64,000 nucleotides of DNA from Nemertoderma westbladi (Eukaryota; Animalia; Xenacoelomorpha). Below the pieces are notes generated by a model, which had not been told where the DNA came from, ran no database searches, and saw only the letters and a list, made by a program, of their open reading frames with translations. Numbering within the stretch: position 1 is the stretch's first letter; every line of letters begins with the position of its first letter. Positions 12,201 through 27,200 of the stretch are shown here, piece after piece. The translations under genes and the position numbers were made by a program. The stretch covers positions 1-64,000 of the forward strand of contig JAUCBJ010007533.1 in assembly GCA_032718475.1 (NCBI GenBank), given 5' to 3'.

Positions 12201-15200
12201 TGACTATCGCTATCCTCTTCCGTTACACGGACTTGGTTGAACATGCCTTCTATGTCGCAGGTGAAGGCGTGTTTCCCATTCCTGAATCTGAGTAGGACCT
12301 CGATCCCTGAGTTGTAGATATTGGGACCCTCCAGCAGATAATCGTTTAGGCATTTGCCGTTGGTTTTAGCCGATGCGTCAACTACCATCCGCAGTTTACC
12401 TTTCTTCGGGTCTAGAGCCACGTGGAGTGGCAGGTAATAGGTCCTGTCCGTGTTTGGTTCGTCAACCGGTAGTTCCACGGCCCATCCCTTCTCGACGTAC
12501 TTTCTGATTGTCTTGTGGATATACTCATTCTTCTCGGGGCTCTGTTTTAGTGTCTGCTTCAACTTACGAAGCCTCGTGAGTACCATCCCTCTATTGTCGG
12601 GCAGCGGTAGCTTCGGTAGCTTCCATACCATCCCTATGGTATACCGCCCCTCGTCGCATCTCATCGACTCCTTTACGCTCTGTAGAGCCTGCTTGTCTTC
12701 TACCGAGGTTCCGACCCCGGTTTCCTTTAATCCCTCAAAATCCTGCCTGAGCAGTCTCTTGAGCTGCTCCTCCGCTCTCTCGTCTCCCATTTCTCGCATA
12801 GTTCCCGCGAACATGCAACCTGATGTCTCCGACATCCTAAATGGTATTTTACTTTTAATTGGGCCGCTCAGCGTCCACCCGAATGGTGTTAAAATCGCCA
12901 CCGGGTCACACTGCCTGTCTTCGCCGAAGATCGTTTGCATTCTCTCGTGGGCCATTGGGCAGTCCATTCCTACTATAATGGATACCTTCCTAACGTCCAC
13001 CTCTGGGATTGATAAATCGATACTGTCCAGGAATTTATATTGCTCGATCTCGATGTTGGTTGGTCGCCTGGCGTTGATGTTTATCGACTCTATCACCTGG
13101 ATGGGGTCGATGCTCGCCCCATAGTCGCATCCCGGTGCTATTGCTGCTATCGCACACCATCCGGTCCTCATCTCCAGGATCTCATCTTTGCTGGAAATGG
13201 TTGTTACCGCCATTCTACTTGGCCTCGTTCTCAATCCTATCTCCTCGGCCACCCAATTCTCGACTAATGTGAAGGCAGCTCCACTGTTGACCAGCATCAG
13301 TGTGGTCACTGATCGATTGCCTTCCCCGATCACTCGCACTGGTACTACCTCAAGTAGTACCGTTCCTCTTTTCTTCGCCCCTACGGTGCTCGTTGCCATT
13401 GTCTGACCTTTAATTTGACCGAATTTAATTGGCGTTTCTTCGCATTGGCCGGCTCTATGTCCACCCATCACACACCGAGAACAGATCTCATTTCGTCTCG
13501 CGTATTCTACCTGATCTTCCCTGGGTAGCGCTTGCCAGTACCTGCAGTTCATGGTCTGATGAAGTGCATTTGTATGTAATTGGCATTTGCTCTCTGGGTT
13601 GTAGCCGTCCTTATACAGTGCGCTGCGTATCGCACTTGCGTTCGTACCAAAGTCCCTACTATTCTTATTGTTTGGGTTCGGCCTACTGGGCGTGCTGGGG
13701 TTATGTTTATTTGTGTTGTTATTTTTCCCCTGTCCGCTCCATGATGTGGTCTTACCCCCGGCTACATGTGGACTAGCAGTCCCCTGCGTCGCCGCGTATG
13801 GCAGCGATTGTCTGAGCTTTGGCAATGCGTTCGCCGCGTTGTGTTCTGGTTTCGGCCTACTGTACTCGGTCTTTGGTCCCTTTCCCAGGCTATCCTCGCT
13901 ATAGACTGGGTCCGTTATAAGTTCAGCCTCATAGTTTAAGAAGCTTGACATCTCTTCTAAACCCGGTTCCGCACCCTTCTTATCTCGAGTGGAGAAAGCG
14001 ATTTTCCTCCACTTATTGCGCAGCCAAATCGGTAGTGCCTGCGCTATCGTAGTGATGTTGTTGGACGCGTTGAGTTTGTATGGCGCGTCCAGCGCCTTCT
14101 CGACTTTGTTAGCGAATGTCTTTATGCTAACGGGGTTATCCTGTAGGCCACCCGATGTTATACCTCTCAGGGTCTGCCGGATGATCTTGGCCGGGTGCCT
14201 GTATTCCCTGTCTAACGCCCGCCATGCCGTCGTGAAGCCCCCTTCGATGCCCTGGTACTGCCTCACGATGTCGTATGCTGGGCCCCCTGTATATACTTGC
14301 AGATACTTTAGGCACTCCGCCTGCGTCAAATTCTTTGTTAATATCTCATTACTATACATACGCCGAAACTGTAGATACTCCTCCGGCCTACTTCCATCGA
14401 ATTTGAATGGTTCCACGGGTGGTAACTGGTCTTTAATGCATCGATTAACGTGGCCATCCCCATAGCTTGCGCTTCCAATGGGTTCGATGGGTGCTGTATA
14501 GGTTCTCCCGTTGGGTGCGGTCCGTTCGTCCTGTCTACCTCTTTCCTCTGACTTGGATATATCATAGGGGGTAGCGGCCCCCTCCATATTTCTGTGTCGC
14601 ACGATCTATTCTCGTCCAAGGGGTTCGATGTTCTTACTCCTATTGGGGTATATTGTTGATATTGTGATGGGGGAATGTCACCCTGTCCCCCCCCCCCACC
14701 CCCCCCCCCCCCCCCCCCACCGGTATGTTTGGTACTGGGTCTGGGGTTGATGTTAATATATTGGGGCCCATACACCTATCCGCAATAATTCTCCCCTCCC
14801 CTGGGTATATGTTATGTCCTTGCATGCTGTAGTCATACTGCTGTGCTGGTACCGGTATAGGCCTATCCACTTCTGGCCTACCCGCCGGTATATACTCCAC
14901 GACTTCCGGGTTTAATCCCGTTGTTCGCACTACCCTATCGCCTACATTATCTCTCCCAGCATGGCCTATGGTATGTGCAGTAAGGCCTACAGTATGTCCT
15001 GCAGTCTGTATGTGTTGTTCGGGATCAAAGTTTATCCTTCTCGAATAATCCTCCTCGCGGCTACCGTATTCTCGATCGGTAGGTATATCCCGTCGGGAAG
15101 TTTCTCTTCGACCCCCTCTACTGCTCTCGTCCTCGTGCCGGTAGATAGATAAGTAGCGCCTGGAGCGCTGTATATTTTCCATGTTCCTAATTAAATACAT

Positions 15201-18200
15201 CATAATAAATTTCGTAATATCTACATTATACACAATATCAATCAATGCAAACAATATACCAGTAATTGAATAGTTAGTTTTAACTTTTATGAAACTGAAA
15301 ATAATTACCATTAGGCTCAAATTGAAAATATTTACCATTTGGCTCAAATTGAAAAATATTTACCATCTGGCTCAAATTGAAAATATTTACTATTTACTAT
15401 TAGGCTCAAAACCATTTTATTTAAGTTCTTCCAGTACGTTTAAAACGTACTCACAAATCGCACTGCCACTGCAGCTTACAAGGCTTTTATAGTCGCTAAA
15501 GTCTAGAGTGTTAAATTTAGTACGTAGATCAGCAGTGAGGGGGCAGGTTAACAGAACGTGTAATTCATCTTGGACAGATGAGCTATCACAGGGGCAAGTT
15601 CTATCCGAACGAGGAGTTCTCGTCCAACGGCCGGTTTCAACGCGGAGTCTGTGACTCATCAGACGGATGCGGGTAAAGGCAACCCGTTGGTAATCTGGTA
15701 TATAAGGTTTCGTAGCGGTGTAAATCGGGTGGATAGACAACTCAGGGTTTAGAGTAGCTCGGTACGTAAAAAATTTTGTGGCAGATTCTGGTCTGTTCAA
15801 AACCCTTAACTTCAAACTATCCAGTGAAGGAGAGTGCGTTGAAGCTTTGAGCAAGAGATTGTAACCAGGACTTTTAGCAGATTTACACAGTTCAAATGCT
15901 TGTCGGACTGGGGTATCCGGGTGGCTTCTTTGGACTTTAGCATAAAAATGTTTTCTAGCTTCGAGTATGCGTTCTAGAATAGGGAGCATACCTAATTCAA
16001 TCATACAAATATCGTTTGGGGTTTGTTCTCGGACATGTGCTAGCGACTTAACCATACGCATATAAAACCTCTCTACCATTTTAAAATCGTTGGTGAGCCA
16101 ACTTTCGGATGCATATAATAGACCAGATAGAATAGCTGATTCTAGTACCCGTTTCTTAAATATGAATGGCATAGATGAGTGAACCGCACAAAAAATATTA
16201 AACTTGTTTGCCGTTTCTTCAAACTTGTGTTCTAGAATTTTAAAGGTGGACGATATTTTTCCATCCTCTATAAAATATGAACCTAAATAGTTGTAGTTTG
16301 TACAATGCTTAAATACAGTATTGTGTGAGATAATAGGCATACGGTCAGTCTTACTTCCGTTCACTACGAAAAAATTTGTTTTTTTCGTGTTAATTTGCAT
16401 CCCAGAGAGATTACAAAACTCACACAACTTGTCACATTTTTTAAGTAAATTATCTCGTGAGGTAGCAAGCAATATAGTATCATCCATTAACAACATAATA
16501 TGAATGGCTCCAATAAAACCATCTGTCGTAATTGCACTTTTTACCATTCTCACTAACCGCTCAAGATACAAACAGAATAAGATACTACTTGTAGGGGCAC
16601 CTTGACGGACACCAAGAGTCGTTACAATTACTGCGGACTTCAAAATTGCACGAGTACATTTATATACTGCTTGGATAGCCAGTAACATTGTTCTACCACA
16701 GCCCAATGACTTTAAATAGCTTAGTAGGGACTGTCTAGGTACACGGTCGTAGGCTTTGCTGAAATCCACGAACAGCACAAATAACTTTACTTTTTTGAAA
16801 ATTGCAAGGTCTATTAGTAGACGTAACGTCATGATTTGCTCTAAGCACCCACGACCTGGCAACCCACCCGCTTGGCATTTATCCAAACAGCACCATTTTT
16901 TAAGGCGATTATTAAGCAATAAATCGTACATTTTGGCCAATGAGTCCATTATAGAGATGCCTCTATAATTCCCGCAACACATTCTGGATCCAGATTTTTT
17001 AAACAATTTGAACATTGCAACCAAATTTGTTCCACAAAATCACAATGAACTGACGATATATAACTAACAAGATCATATTTAACAAGCGCCAACACACCTC
17101 CACGATCGGCGTTTGCCGAAAGATTCTGAATAATCTTAAACCCGGGAACTGAAATTATGCGACTAGTCTTTACTTCCTGCACAAATACTATATCAAAATT
17201 ATGCAGAAATTTAAATGTTTTGGGATCGAGAAGCTTATCTTTGACACCACATAGATTCCAAGAGCAGATAGAAAGAGTATTAGTTCTAGGCAACAAACAC
17301 TTCCAGGCGGCGCACCCCTATTGGGGTGAGTTAAACTGGTCGATAACCACGTCATTGCGAAGTACCACGCGTCGTTTGTAATCGTACCGTATCGTTACTC
17401 CCTGGTTCTCAGGGCGTTCTCGTTGCTCGCGAACAACTTTGCGTAGTCTACCTTCCTCGCGTCTGACAGCCGGGTGGACATCTTTGTTGATGTATACCTT
17501 TTTGAAATTATCAACTCCGTTCAGCCGTTTTGCCTCTTTTAAAGCAGTAAACTTCAACGATTTATTCGAAAACCTGATTAGAATCGGGCGCGACCTTGGT
17601 TGGCCGTTCCCATTACTCCATCCAGCTCCAGATTGCTTTCCTATCCGTTGCAGGTTCTCAGACCGGATGTCCATCGCGCAGTCCGAGCACCCAATCGCGT
17701 TAAACATTTCTCGAACTTGCTCTAAATCAGATGGGCCTGCAGCTGGTGTGTTCCCATCTACAGGTATGGCAGATGAAGCCGGACAGTCAGGAATACCAGA
17801 AACTATAATGTTATTTTGACGTTCTGTCGTGTCCATTCGGTCTATAAACGCTTGTTGATTATTGATAATAATACAAGCTGACTTGAGATCGCTCTGCAGA
17901 ATTGCAATGGATGATTTCAGATTTGTTATCTCCTTCACTTCATCACGCAAGGACTTTATTTCCTCCAGGATTTGGCTAAATCTGGAGTCATTAACGCCCG
18001 CGCTAGTAGCAGTTGATTTCTCATTGTCTCTATACAGTGATAAGGCTGATTTTAACTGGGTGTTATTTAGGTTGTTTACTTGGCCCTGGGAGAGACCCCG
18101 AACATCATCGATGTTTGCGATTGATATCGATTTGCGCTGGCTACTACTCATTGTTCATACAGTCTGTTAATCGGTACTAATAACTTACATTCGGTACATC

Positions 18201-21200
18201 CTGTACCCCTCTCTCTGCGTGTAATATGCCTCGTCAGGTCGCGTTCCTCCGGGGCGACGGCAATCTCCCGAAGTTCGACCCCACTGACTCTCCGTCTCCA
18301 CCTCTACTACCGACGGCTCACTATCCGTCCTCGCTCTCCTGTCGTTCGCGGCGACACTTCTTCTACTCTCTTCCTTTCTTCTCTCTGTAGTGCAGTATTC
18401 CCGCTCGTGAGATCTCTCATCGACCTCCCGGTTAAACTCCACTGTTCTTCTTCCCTCTTCTGATTGGGCTCGACGCCTCGTCGCTCGCCCTCTCGCGACG
18501 TCAACCTGTCTCTCTCTGCTCGATCGCACGCCGCCGTGGATACTCGTAATCCCCCTACTACTCTCCGTCGCCGGGTGCTGCGGTTCACCTAATTCGCCCC
18601 GCGCATTATCCGCCGACGCTTGTGGGACACTCTTTGCCCCCCCCCCCCCCCCACTCGCCGTCCTACCCTAACTGAACTGGCTAGCTAATGAGTGAATGAA
18701 TAACACGGTTACTGGTAATATATTGCACCGGTTGGCCGCATTACACTACTCAGCCGATGCCTTCCCCCCATTGGCTAATAACTCACTTGTCACCCTCCCA
18801 TCTCCCTGGGAGTACCTCCCCCCCGCTGCTGTCTCTTTCTCCCTCCCGGAGGTGTAACCTCTGACCCCCGCTGTGTGTGTTCCCTTGTGGCCTATTGTCC
18901 CCGCTTATTGGTGTGACACGAGGTTGATTGGTAACCAACCTCGTGCTCCCATTATTGCTTAAAACCAACTCTGTGTGGGCCTGGTTAGCGGAATTGAATA
19001 CGCTAACAATTTGGATACGTTTCACCAGTCAGGAACATTAATTCGTTGTATTTATTTCTGGTATTTAGGCATACTGGCACTATCAGACACACCACATTAT
19101 ATGGAACTTCTATATGGGTACTACCGTAGAAAATGGCAATTTTGTTGGATAAAATTACGCATCTGCATGAATTAATAATAAACAGTTTTTTTCTTTATGA
19201 GTCCTTGCTATTTGCTTCCATGTTGTTACTATTTATTAGTTATTAAATTATATTTTTTAGAGCAAATTGGACGATAATTTTGGAAACAATCGTTTGATGG
19301 ATAAAGTTTTCGACATCTATATGAGTTTCTTGAACGGAATGCAAAGTGAAGTTTTATTGAAGCATGTGTATGCGACATTGAGGCAGTTTGTTAATAAGGT
19401 TAGTAACAATAAGGTACAAGGATTCAAACAATTTTTACACAATGATCGTTTATGTGACAGCCACATTGAGGCTGTTTGGGCATTACGATATAATCTGTGA
19501 TGTGATATCATTAAATTTTTTAAAGAATTATGCAATAAGTTAGTAAACAAATATTAAGGAACTGTATTCTAGAACAGACAAATACTAAGGAACTGTATTC
19601 TAGAACAGACAAATACTAAGGAACTGTATTCTAGAACAGACAAATACTAAGAAACTGTATTCTAGAACAGACAAATACTAAGGAACTGTATTCTAGAACA
19701 GACATGCCGTTACGTTAGATAATATGATATTTTCCATATTTCTCCAGTTCCCAGCTGTGCTGTTTAAAGGATCTACGGCTCTATGCGGTCTGCTGTGCTT
19801 CCACGTACTCCGTTGCTGTAACAGCAACCTACTCACATGTCGTGTGGATTCTGCTGGCTTCATTTATATATTAATGAGAAGCAACTTCGAAAATACAAGG
19901 AAGCGAAACTTCACCAGAGTCAGCTTGCAGGTTCGTTTTATTCTGTCTCTGTCTACTCAATCACAAAGCCGATTCTATTAGCTACCTAATAACTAATCAC
20001 ATTGTCATTAAGAAATTGTACAGTTATAGTTATCTCTCATACTATATGTCTGCCATTTTTAGTCTAAGAAAAACTGATCATTATTTATTCTAATCGCATC
20101 TAAAACTATTTTAGTTTATGAAATAGAATGAGAAAGGGATTTTAAATACCACGTTCATTCCTTGAGAGTTTCTATATAAAATTTATGTAGTCCTGTTTAA
20201 ATTACTTAATATTGTATTCGTTTATTGTTTTGGTTAGAAAAAATGTACATAAACACATTTTACTAAATATACCGGTACACGTTGTTTGACCTATAGACGT
20301 ATGTTACTTACTGTAAGACATAAATACACTGTAACTCTTCTAATAACCATTTCTGTTACAGAGTAAAGTGGCGGTTTCTCGGTTATTGGCGGGACACGGT
20401 AATCTCAACACCAACCGATTCCAGGATTCTCTCTCCATGATCAACCAATTCGCGGTCTCCGACAAAGCGGTTAATAGAACCAACTTCCCGGGAGACATTG
20501 CCGAAGTTACTAAAGGGATCAGGGCGGTGTTGGAGGCAACAGAGAAGATGGAGGTACGAATTGTTATGGAACCTTTATGTTTATAATAAAAGCTTGGGGG
20601 GGAGGTGATGCTACCCTCTCCAGGTTAAAATTATATGTAAATAATAGGTGTTTACGAGCAAATATTATGATACTATAACCTCGTTTATTGCTTTGGTTAT
20701 AATAACAAGACTCTGTTACCTACTCTTTTCCATTAATTGATATTTTGATTAACATTCGGGCAGCGAATCAGAAGGTATTTATTGAAAATAGAAAGTAATA
20801 TCTAAGAGATTAAATATTTTAATCTGATGCACTTTATTATAGCCCTGATGGATATTATTTACTCCATCCTATTTATATTTATTTCTTTTACTTCCAACAG
20901 GGACATAAGAACGACCCAGAAATGCTGCTTGATTTGATGCACAGTCTGAGCGAATCTTACGTGACGACGCCAGAACTCCAACTCACGTGGCTAGACGCCA
21001 TGTGTGAAGCACACGATAAGAATAAAGATTACTCAGAGGTATAATAAACATTTTACTCGAGAGATAAATCAATTCAATAGGAAAGTCAACAATCAATATA
21101 AGTGTACCGTTGGTTCCCCCACAAGCTTAACACTAGAACGAAGCCGCCTCCGATTTGCTCCGATTTGAATATTCATTATTTGAAATATTTTTCATTAATT

Positions 21201-24200
21201 TTCATCAACCAAATATTTTTAAACCTACATCATCACTTCCATATTAATCATTATTTCCGAATCTCTATCGCTTATTAACCTTTACTTTAGGCCACGATGT
21301 GCTACATTCAGCAAGCAGCTTTGATTGTAAACATTTTGAGGAGACAAGGGAAGTATGAGGCGAGCTCGAAGGAGCTGTTCGCAGGGATCTCACCAAACAT
21401 CGATTCGGATGATGGAGGTTGGACCAAAGTTGATGTGCAGAATGAGAGTGCTTTATCTGAGGTGAGAATTCGAAGCATTAAACAGACAATCCAAGGATCA
21501 TCTGCCTTTTAAGCTTAACGTTGTCGCTAAAATGTGTTTATAATTATCTTCAAGGTCGTAATAGTTTCAGTTAGACCAACTTTACTCTACTTTTTTTTAT
21601 GTCACGTAGACTGAATCTATTGATTCAGTATGTGACATAAAAAGTAGAGTAAAGTTTGTATCTAAATGTTTCCCAAAACGAAAACTTTTATTTTTAATAT
21701 TTTTATTGTTTTCTAGGATATGCTTATTGAGGTTCTACAAAAGGCGGCCGACTGTCTGGACAGTAGTCAACGATATGAGTTGCTTGGTAACCTTTATAAA
21801 ATACTAATACCAGGTTCGTTTTATCCAAAATGTATTATCCTGAATTCTGTTCTACAAATGCTACAAAATTTGATAGGATGATAGAACGGGGGGTGTACCT
21901 GATATCCGGCCGGGCCGGAATTCCGACCGGATTTTGAGAAAAAAATGGATTTCGATTTTTTGGCCGCATTTCCATTTCAACGAATTGTTGACAAAATTAT
22001 TAAAAATTATTAAATAAAAAATAAATATATTAAATTAAAAAAAGTACATCAAAATAAATGTTCTTTTAAATTCAAACAAATTTAAACATAAGTAAATACA
22101 TTGGAATACAGTACAATTTTTTTCATAGTTTTTATACCGCATTTATTTGCGAAATTAGACAGATTATATTAGAAAGAGATAGTTATCATTAAGAAACTGG
22201 AAATATTTTGGAAACTAGTTTTATAAAATATAAAACTTCTTCCCAAACATGTTAATATGATGCGCCAACGAAAAGGATGTGTTAAAAAGAACACGTAACT
22301 AAATTGTTGTAGTAAGTTATACAGAGTGTATCACCTGTTCTAGAAAGTATGGTACGTAGGCCGAAGGCTGACGTTGCTAAACAAACTTATTTGTACTGTA
22401 CTATGGAAAATCGGCACTTTTTTATGAAAAAAGTACAACTTCGTTTTTTCAGTGTACGCAAAGTCGCAATCTTTGTGTAGAAATAGAGTCCACAACAACT
22501 AGATTTTACTATTTTGATAGGATAGCTGTTATGTCTGTATGTTTCTAATTCACATTATATTTCTCACACGTGATATATGTGAAATTTGTTTTATTGTATA
22601 TAATATTGTATCATACTCAGTTCTGAGCTTTATGATACATTGAGCTCGGGTTTTGGTATCTGTTCCTCACCGACTTCGGTTTGTATAAGTCCACTACTAT
22701 CTACATCGGTTTCCATAACTACATCGCGGATTGGCTGAGACGATCTGTTTCTCACGAGATTCTTCGGCGCGGAAACGTGACCCCCCACAAATCGACATCT
22801 CAATGTATTTCTCACCGCGTCTTTGATATTGGGGTCGTAGATAAAGAAAAGTAGATTGATAATTAATGATGCAGCTGTTATGGACAGACTGCTCAAATAG
22901 GTTGCCATGGAATAATCCTTGTTAGTAGTCACTGCTTTTACGACCATAATAATATGGAATATAGTCAGTAGGATGAGATATACCAGACTAATGTAGCTGT
23001 TTATTTTAAAAGCTCTGCTGACTTCTTGTAACTCAGATTCATTAGAAATACAGCTTGAACTTCTCTGTGCCATATTTTCATCGCTTTCAAACAATTCTTG
23101 GCGTATTTCCGCGGCTATTATGTCATACTTTTGCAGCCCCAACTCCCACACCACTATAGTTGCTATACAGAGCGACATGCAGAAAGCCAGCGAGGCGAAA
23201 ATCACCACCAAGTTGGTTCTCATTGGGGTGTCCAACTCGCTGTACTGGTACATGATCGCAAACAACCCGTAGCTAGTCCCCGCCGTCCAGACGATACTCA
23301 GGTACAGGCGGATTTTGAAAGAGGATGTGAGATCACGATAGCGTTGTTTCGGAGAAGTCGTCCATATGTATCCCTCGATGGACAGAGCGAGGTTGATGCA
23401 TAAAATAGTGGAGACCCCTGAAGTCATCGTTAAAACATAGACGAATTCCAACCAGAATAGGATTAGTTGACTATCGTCTGTTTCATTTAAGAATATTGAT
23501 ATTGCTTTGCATGTGCTTCCTGAGCCTATTCCAGTATTAGCGATGCAGATTTGTATCTTTAAATATTCTGTGAGGGACTTTCGAGTTGTCTGTGGGTTTC
23601 TTTGGTAGGCGTAGTGGTAAGCTACCCATAGCAGCATCGATAATATCGCGATGGTAACTCCGAAGATAAGATTGCAGATACCAAGGAATAGCGTGTCTGC
23701 TCCGTACGGAGGTTTATCGAATATATAATTGGTCGCGTTGCTTTCCGGATGCGTCATATCTTTTTTTATGACTGACTCTGTAAGGCTGCATTTACACTAC
23801 AACGTCAAAAGACAAAAAACAATTTAAAATACAAATTTATCTTATTTATAATTTAATAATAATTTAGTATTATTTCAGGTTTCTAGAATATTTATATATT
23901 TGATATGTCATCATGTGTTTCATTGTGCCCTAGATTTTTTAATTTGACTATTACAGTTGTGTGAATGCGGCATTACAAGTTAAAAATATATGCGTTCTGG
24001 AACATTTCCTAGTTTCGTTGTTACTACACCTCTTACATACATGCACAATCAACGAATTGTTCATGTAATAACATTTTATTCCAAAATTGTAACATTACTC
24101 AACGCCGTTGGTATTAAAAGCGAGTTATTATTTAGCACTTTACAACTTTTGAGGATATTACAGCATTATATTGGCCTGTACATTTAGTATTGTATTGGTG

Positions 24201-27200
24201 TTATTCAGTTAAGTAATGTCCCTTTAGCGGACATTACAACACGCCGTCATTGGTTACCACGTAAACAATAGGTGGTATTTGCCTGACAGCATGATAGGCC
24301 TACTGCATTAGCTAACGGTAGGCGGGGTATAGCTATTAATAACCAGTAGCTATAAACTAGTAACATGGCTCGCCAAACGCCACCATAAATATTAGCTAAC
24401 CTATTTATAACATAACACTAACATACTATAACATAAACATAACAATTTTTACATTTATTTGGCACTAATACGACATGGGTAGGCCTACCTACATTTTCAA
24501 ATTTTTTTGAAACATGTTTGTTTTATGTGAAACGGTATGCATTGTACATTTATTAATCATATATGTTAATAAATATTTTTCCAAAAAATGTTCTAGAAAA
24601 AAATGTGTTCTAGAACAAAAATATTTATAAAAATTTATAACTAACGCGTGTTCTATAACATTTATAAAAATAGGTAGAAAAAAACGTGCTAGTATAGAAA
24701 ATAAAAATGTGTTCTAGAACAAAAATATTTATCAAATTTGATAATTAACACATGTTCTATAACATTTAAATAAAAATAATAAACTAGCTAGTTTAAAAAA
24801 TGAAAAATGTATTCTAGAACAAAAAAAATGTGTTCTAGAACAAATATATTTATCAAGATTGAAAGCTTACGCGTAATTTGGAAATGTAGGTACCCAGGGC
24901 GAGTGTGAATAAAACTCACGATTAATCGCCATCGTACGATCAATTCCCTTTTGTACTATTTTCACGATTAATCGTTGCAACGATTATTGGTATGTTTGAT
25001 GTGAATAAAATCGCACGTTTTGTCAAGATTGATCGTAGAAATTTTACGATTATTCGTGAAAAATATTAAGCGTATTGCTATTGTGAATAAAACGTATGTT
25101 CACTACGATTAATAGTAAATAATTTAAGATCAATCGTAGGTTGAAGTTACGCCGTGTACGTGACAACAACACTACACGTTCGTGAGGCCTTCGCGCAGCA
25201 CGACGATCATTTATGGGACACAAATTCAAATTAAGCGATTGTATCACAAAATCAGTATTTGAGAAAATTAATCAAACCGCCAATCAATCAAACAAAGGAA
25301 GACAGTAGGCCTACGTGTGTCTCCCCTTTTAATTTTGTACCCTCGGTCGTTCACTACTACTGAGAACGAAAGCAATAAATCATAAATAGACTTTAGACTC
25401 TACAGTAATAGGGGAAAAGGAATGCAGGCTAGCTGGCTAGGAATATAAATAATCGATGTTTGTCCTACAGAAGTTTCATACCAAACCCATCAGTCGGATT
25501 GTCTGGCTGTCCGTCATACATTGTGACGGTCAGATTCATAGACAGAGACTCCACGATTACTCTAAAATTAAATTATATATCTCTAGTAAAGCCGTTTTCA
25601 GATTTGAAATACTCATTAAATTCTACTCTATAAATGAAATAAAATAACAAATATATGAAACTTTGACCCTAGGGTGGCTACCCCCTTAATTAAAAATTAA
25701 AATAATTTTTCATTACATTGAAAAAATATGTAAGTTCTTTTAGCTCTTGATTTTCGGGTATATTCGAGCAAAAAAGTAAAATAATACAACATGTTACATT
25801 ATTACTTAAATAAACATTACTGTATGTGCTAATGATTAATAAATTATTGTAGAATTTACCATATAAAAGCTTAACTTATTTAAAAAAGAAAAAAATGGCC
25901 ACGTTTATTAAAACATATTAATATTAGCCATTTACTTTGATTTAGTTAAGGTACGTGAGTTGCCGTAAATATACGAACAATTTCTAATACGTACGATCAA
26001 TATTTACGACAACGATCGTTCGTAAATCGTCATAAAATACGATTAATCGTAAAAATAGTACGATTAATCGTAAATGCCTTTATTCACAGTGCAGTAAAAA
26101 TATTTTGTTTTTACGAACAACATCGTTCGTAAATATATTTACGATTAATCTTAACATGCTACGAATAATCGTAATGTTATATTCACATTCGCCCATGTCG
26201 TATAAGTGTCATTTATTTATACAGCAACTAATATAATTTGTGCAGTTTCTATCACTTATAATATATGTACACGTAGTCATTTCGTAATGTTAAAATTTTG
26301 GAATAAAACTACATACATACTTGTTGCAAAGTACTTTACAGTGTTCTGATCCTCGTGGCTTTATTTTCACTCACTCACTAACGTTCGTTCGTGTAACAAA
26401 GCCACTCGGATCATCACACTGTAAAGTGCTACTTTACACACAAGTATGTAAATAGTTAAATAATTAACTACTTGTTTTCTTAGTTTACGAAACTCAACGT
26501 AATTTCCAACTATTATCCCAAGTCTACCACCATCTCCATGTGGCCTACAGGAAGATAGTGGACGTCATGGTCACTGGTAAACGTTTCCTAGCAACGTACT
26601 ACAGGGTCGCCTTCTTTGGGCAGGTTGGTATATGTTTGGCGGGAAATTTTGTTTTATACCCATTTTTGACGAGTTGTATCGTGACCAGCGACCTTGAAAA
26701 CCAGTATAGCTTCAGAATTACCAAGCCAAAGGCAACATTTAACAGTTTTTGAAATTTATTTCTACGTATACTTTTCATCCTGGGGCAACAGAATAGCACC
26801 AAAAATGTTGGTTGCAATGCCAGATAATATTTTTTATGTTCCATCGTGATCAGCGACCTAGAAAACGCATTTTCCTTCAATAATTTTCAGCCAAGATCTA
26901 AACAAACTCTGAAATACCCCCCTCCCCTTCCAGAGCATGACCTAACTTCGCAGGACCTGTAGCAATTATGTAACTCCTAAATGTAGCAATTATGTAACTC
27001 CTAAATGTAGCAATTATGTAACTCCTAAATGTAGCAATTATGTAACTCATAAATGTAGCAATTATGTAACTCCTAAATGTAGCAATTATGTAACTCCTGA
27101 ATGTAGCAATTATGTAACTCCTAAATGTAGCAATTATGTAACTCCTAAATGTAGCAATTATGTAACTCATAAATGTAGCAATTATGTAACTCCTAAATGT

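Larger units (their letters stand above)
15144..18191 (-). mobile_element. Non-LTR retrotransposon (APE-RT LINE, CR1/L2/RTEX-like) nested in gag of element 1
   Basis: Interrupts gag sequence that is contiguous in element 2 (about 53970); TSD CGGTA (15139-15143, 18192-18196); ORF1 + ORF2; short (TATC)n 3' end. Confidence 0.9.
7130..19008 (-). mobile_element. BEL/Pao LTR retrotransposon, element 1 (decayed, pol-bearing)
   Basis: TG..CA termini, TSD ATTTG (7125-7129, 19009-19013), full 3' LTR 7130-7700, truncated 5' LTR 18657-19008 (about 10 differences in 350 bp), [12 protein letters not shown] at 7701-7709, gag-PR-RT-RH-IN order. Confidence 0.95.

Noticed and set aside
9639-14465. Several plus-strand ORFs of 150-220 aa (also 50999-51952)
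   Set aside because: Antisense shadows of gag-pol with no independent motifs
14640-15347. 235-aa ORF with hydrophobic N-terminus
   Set aside because: Chance fusion of LINE 3' UTR with the interrupted gag frame
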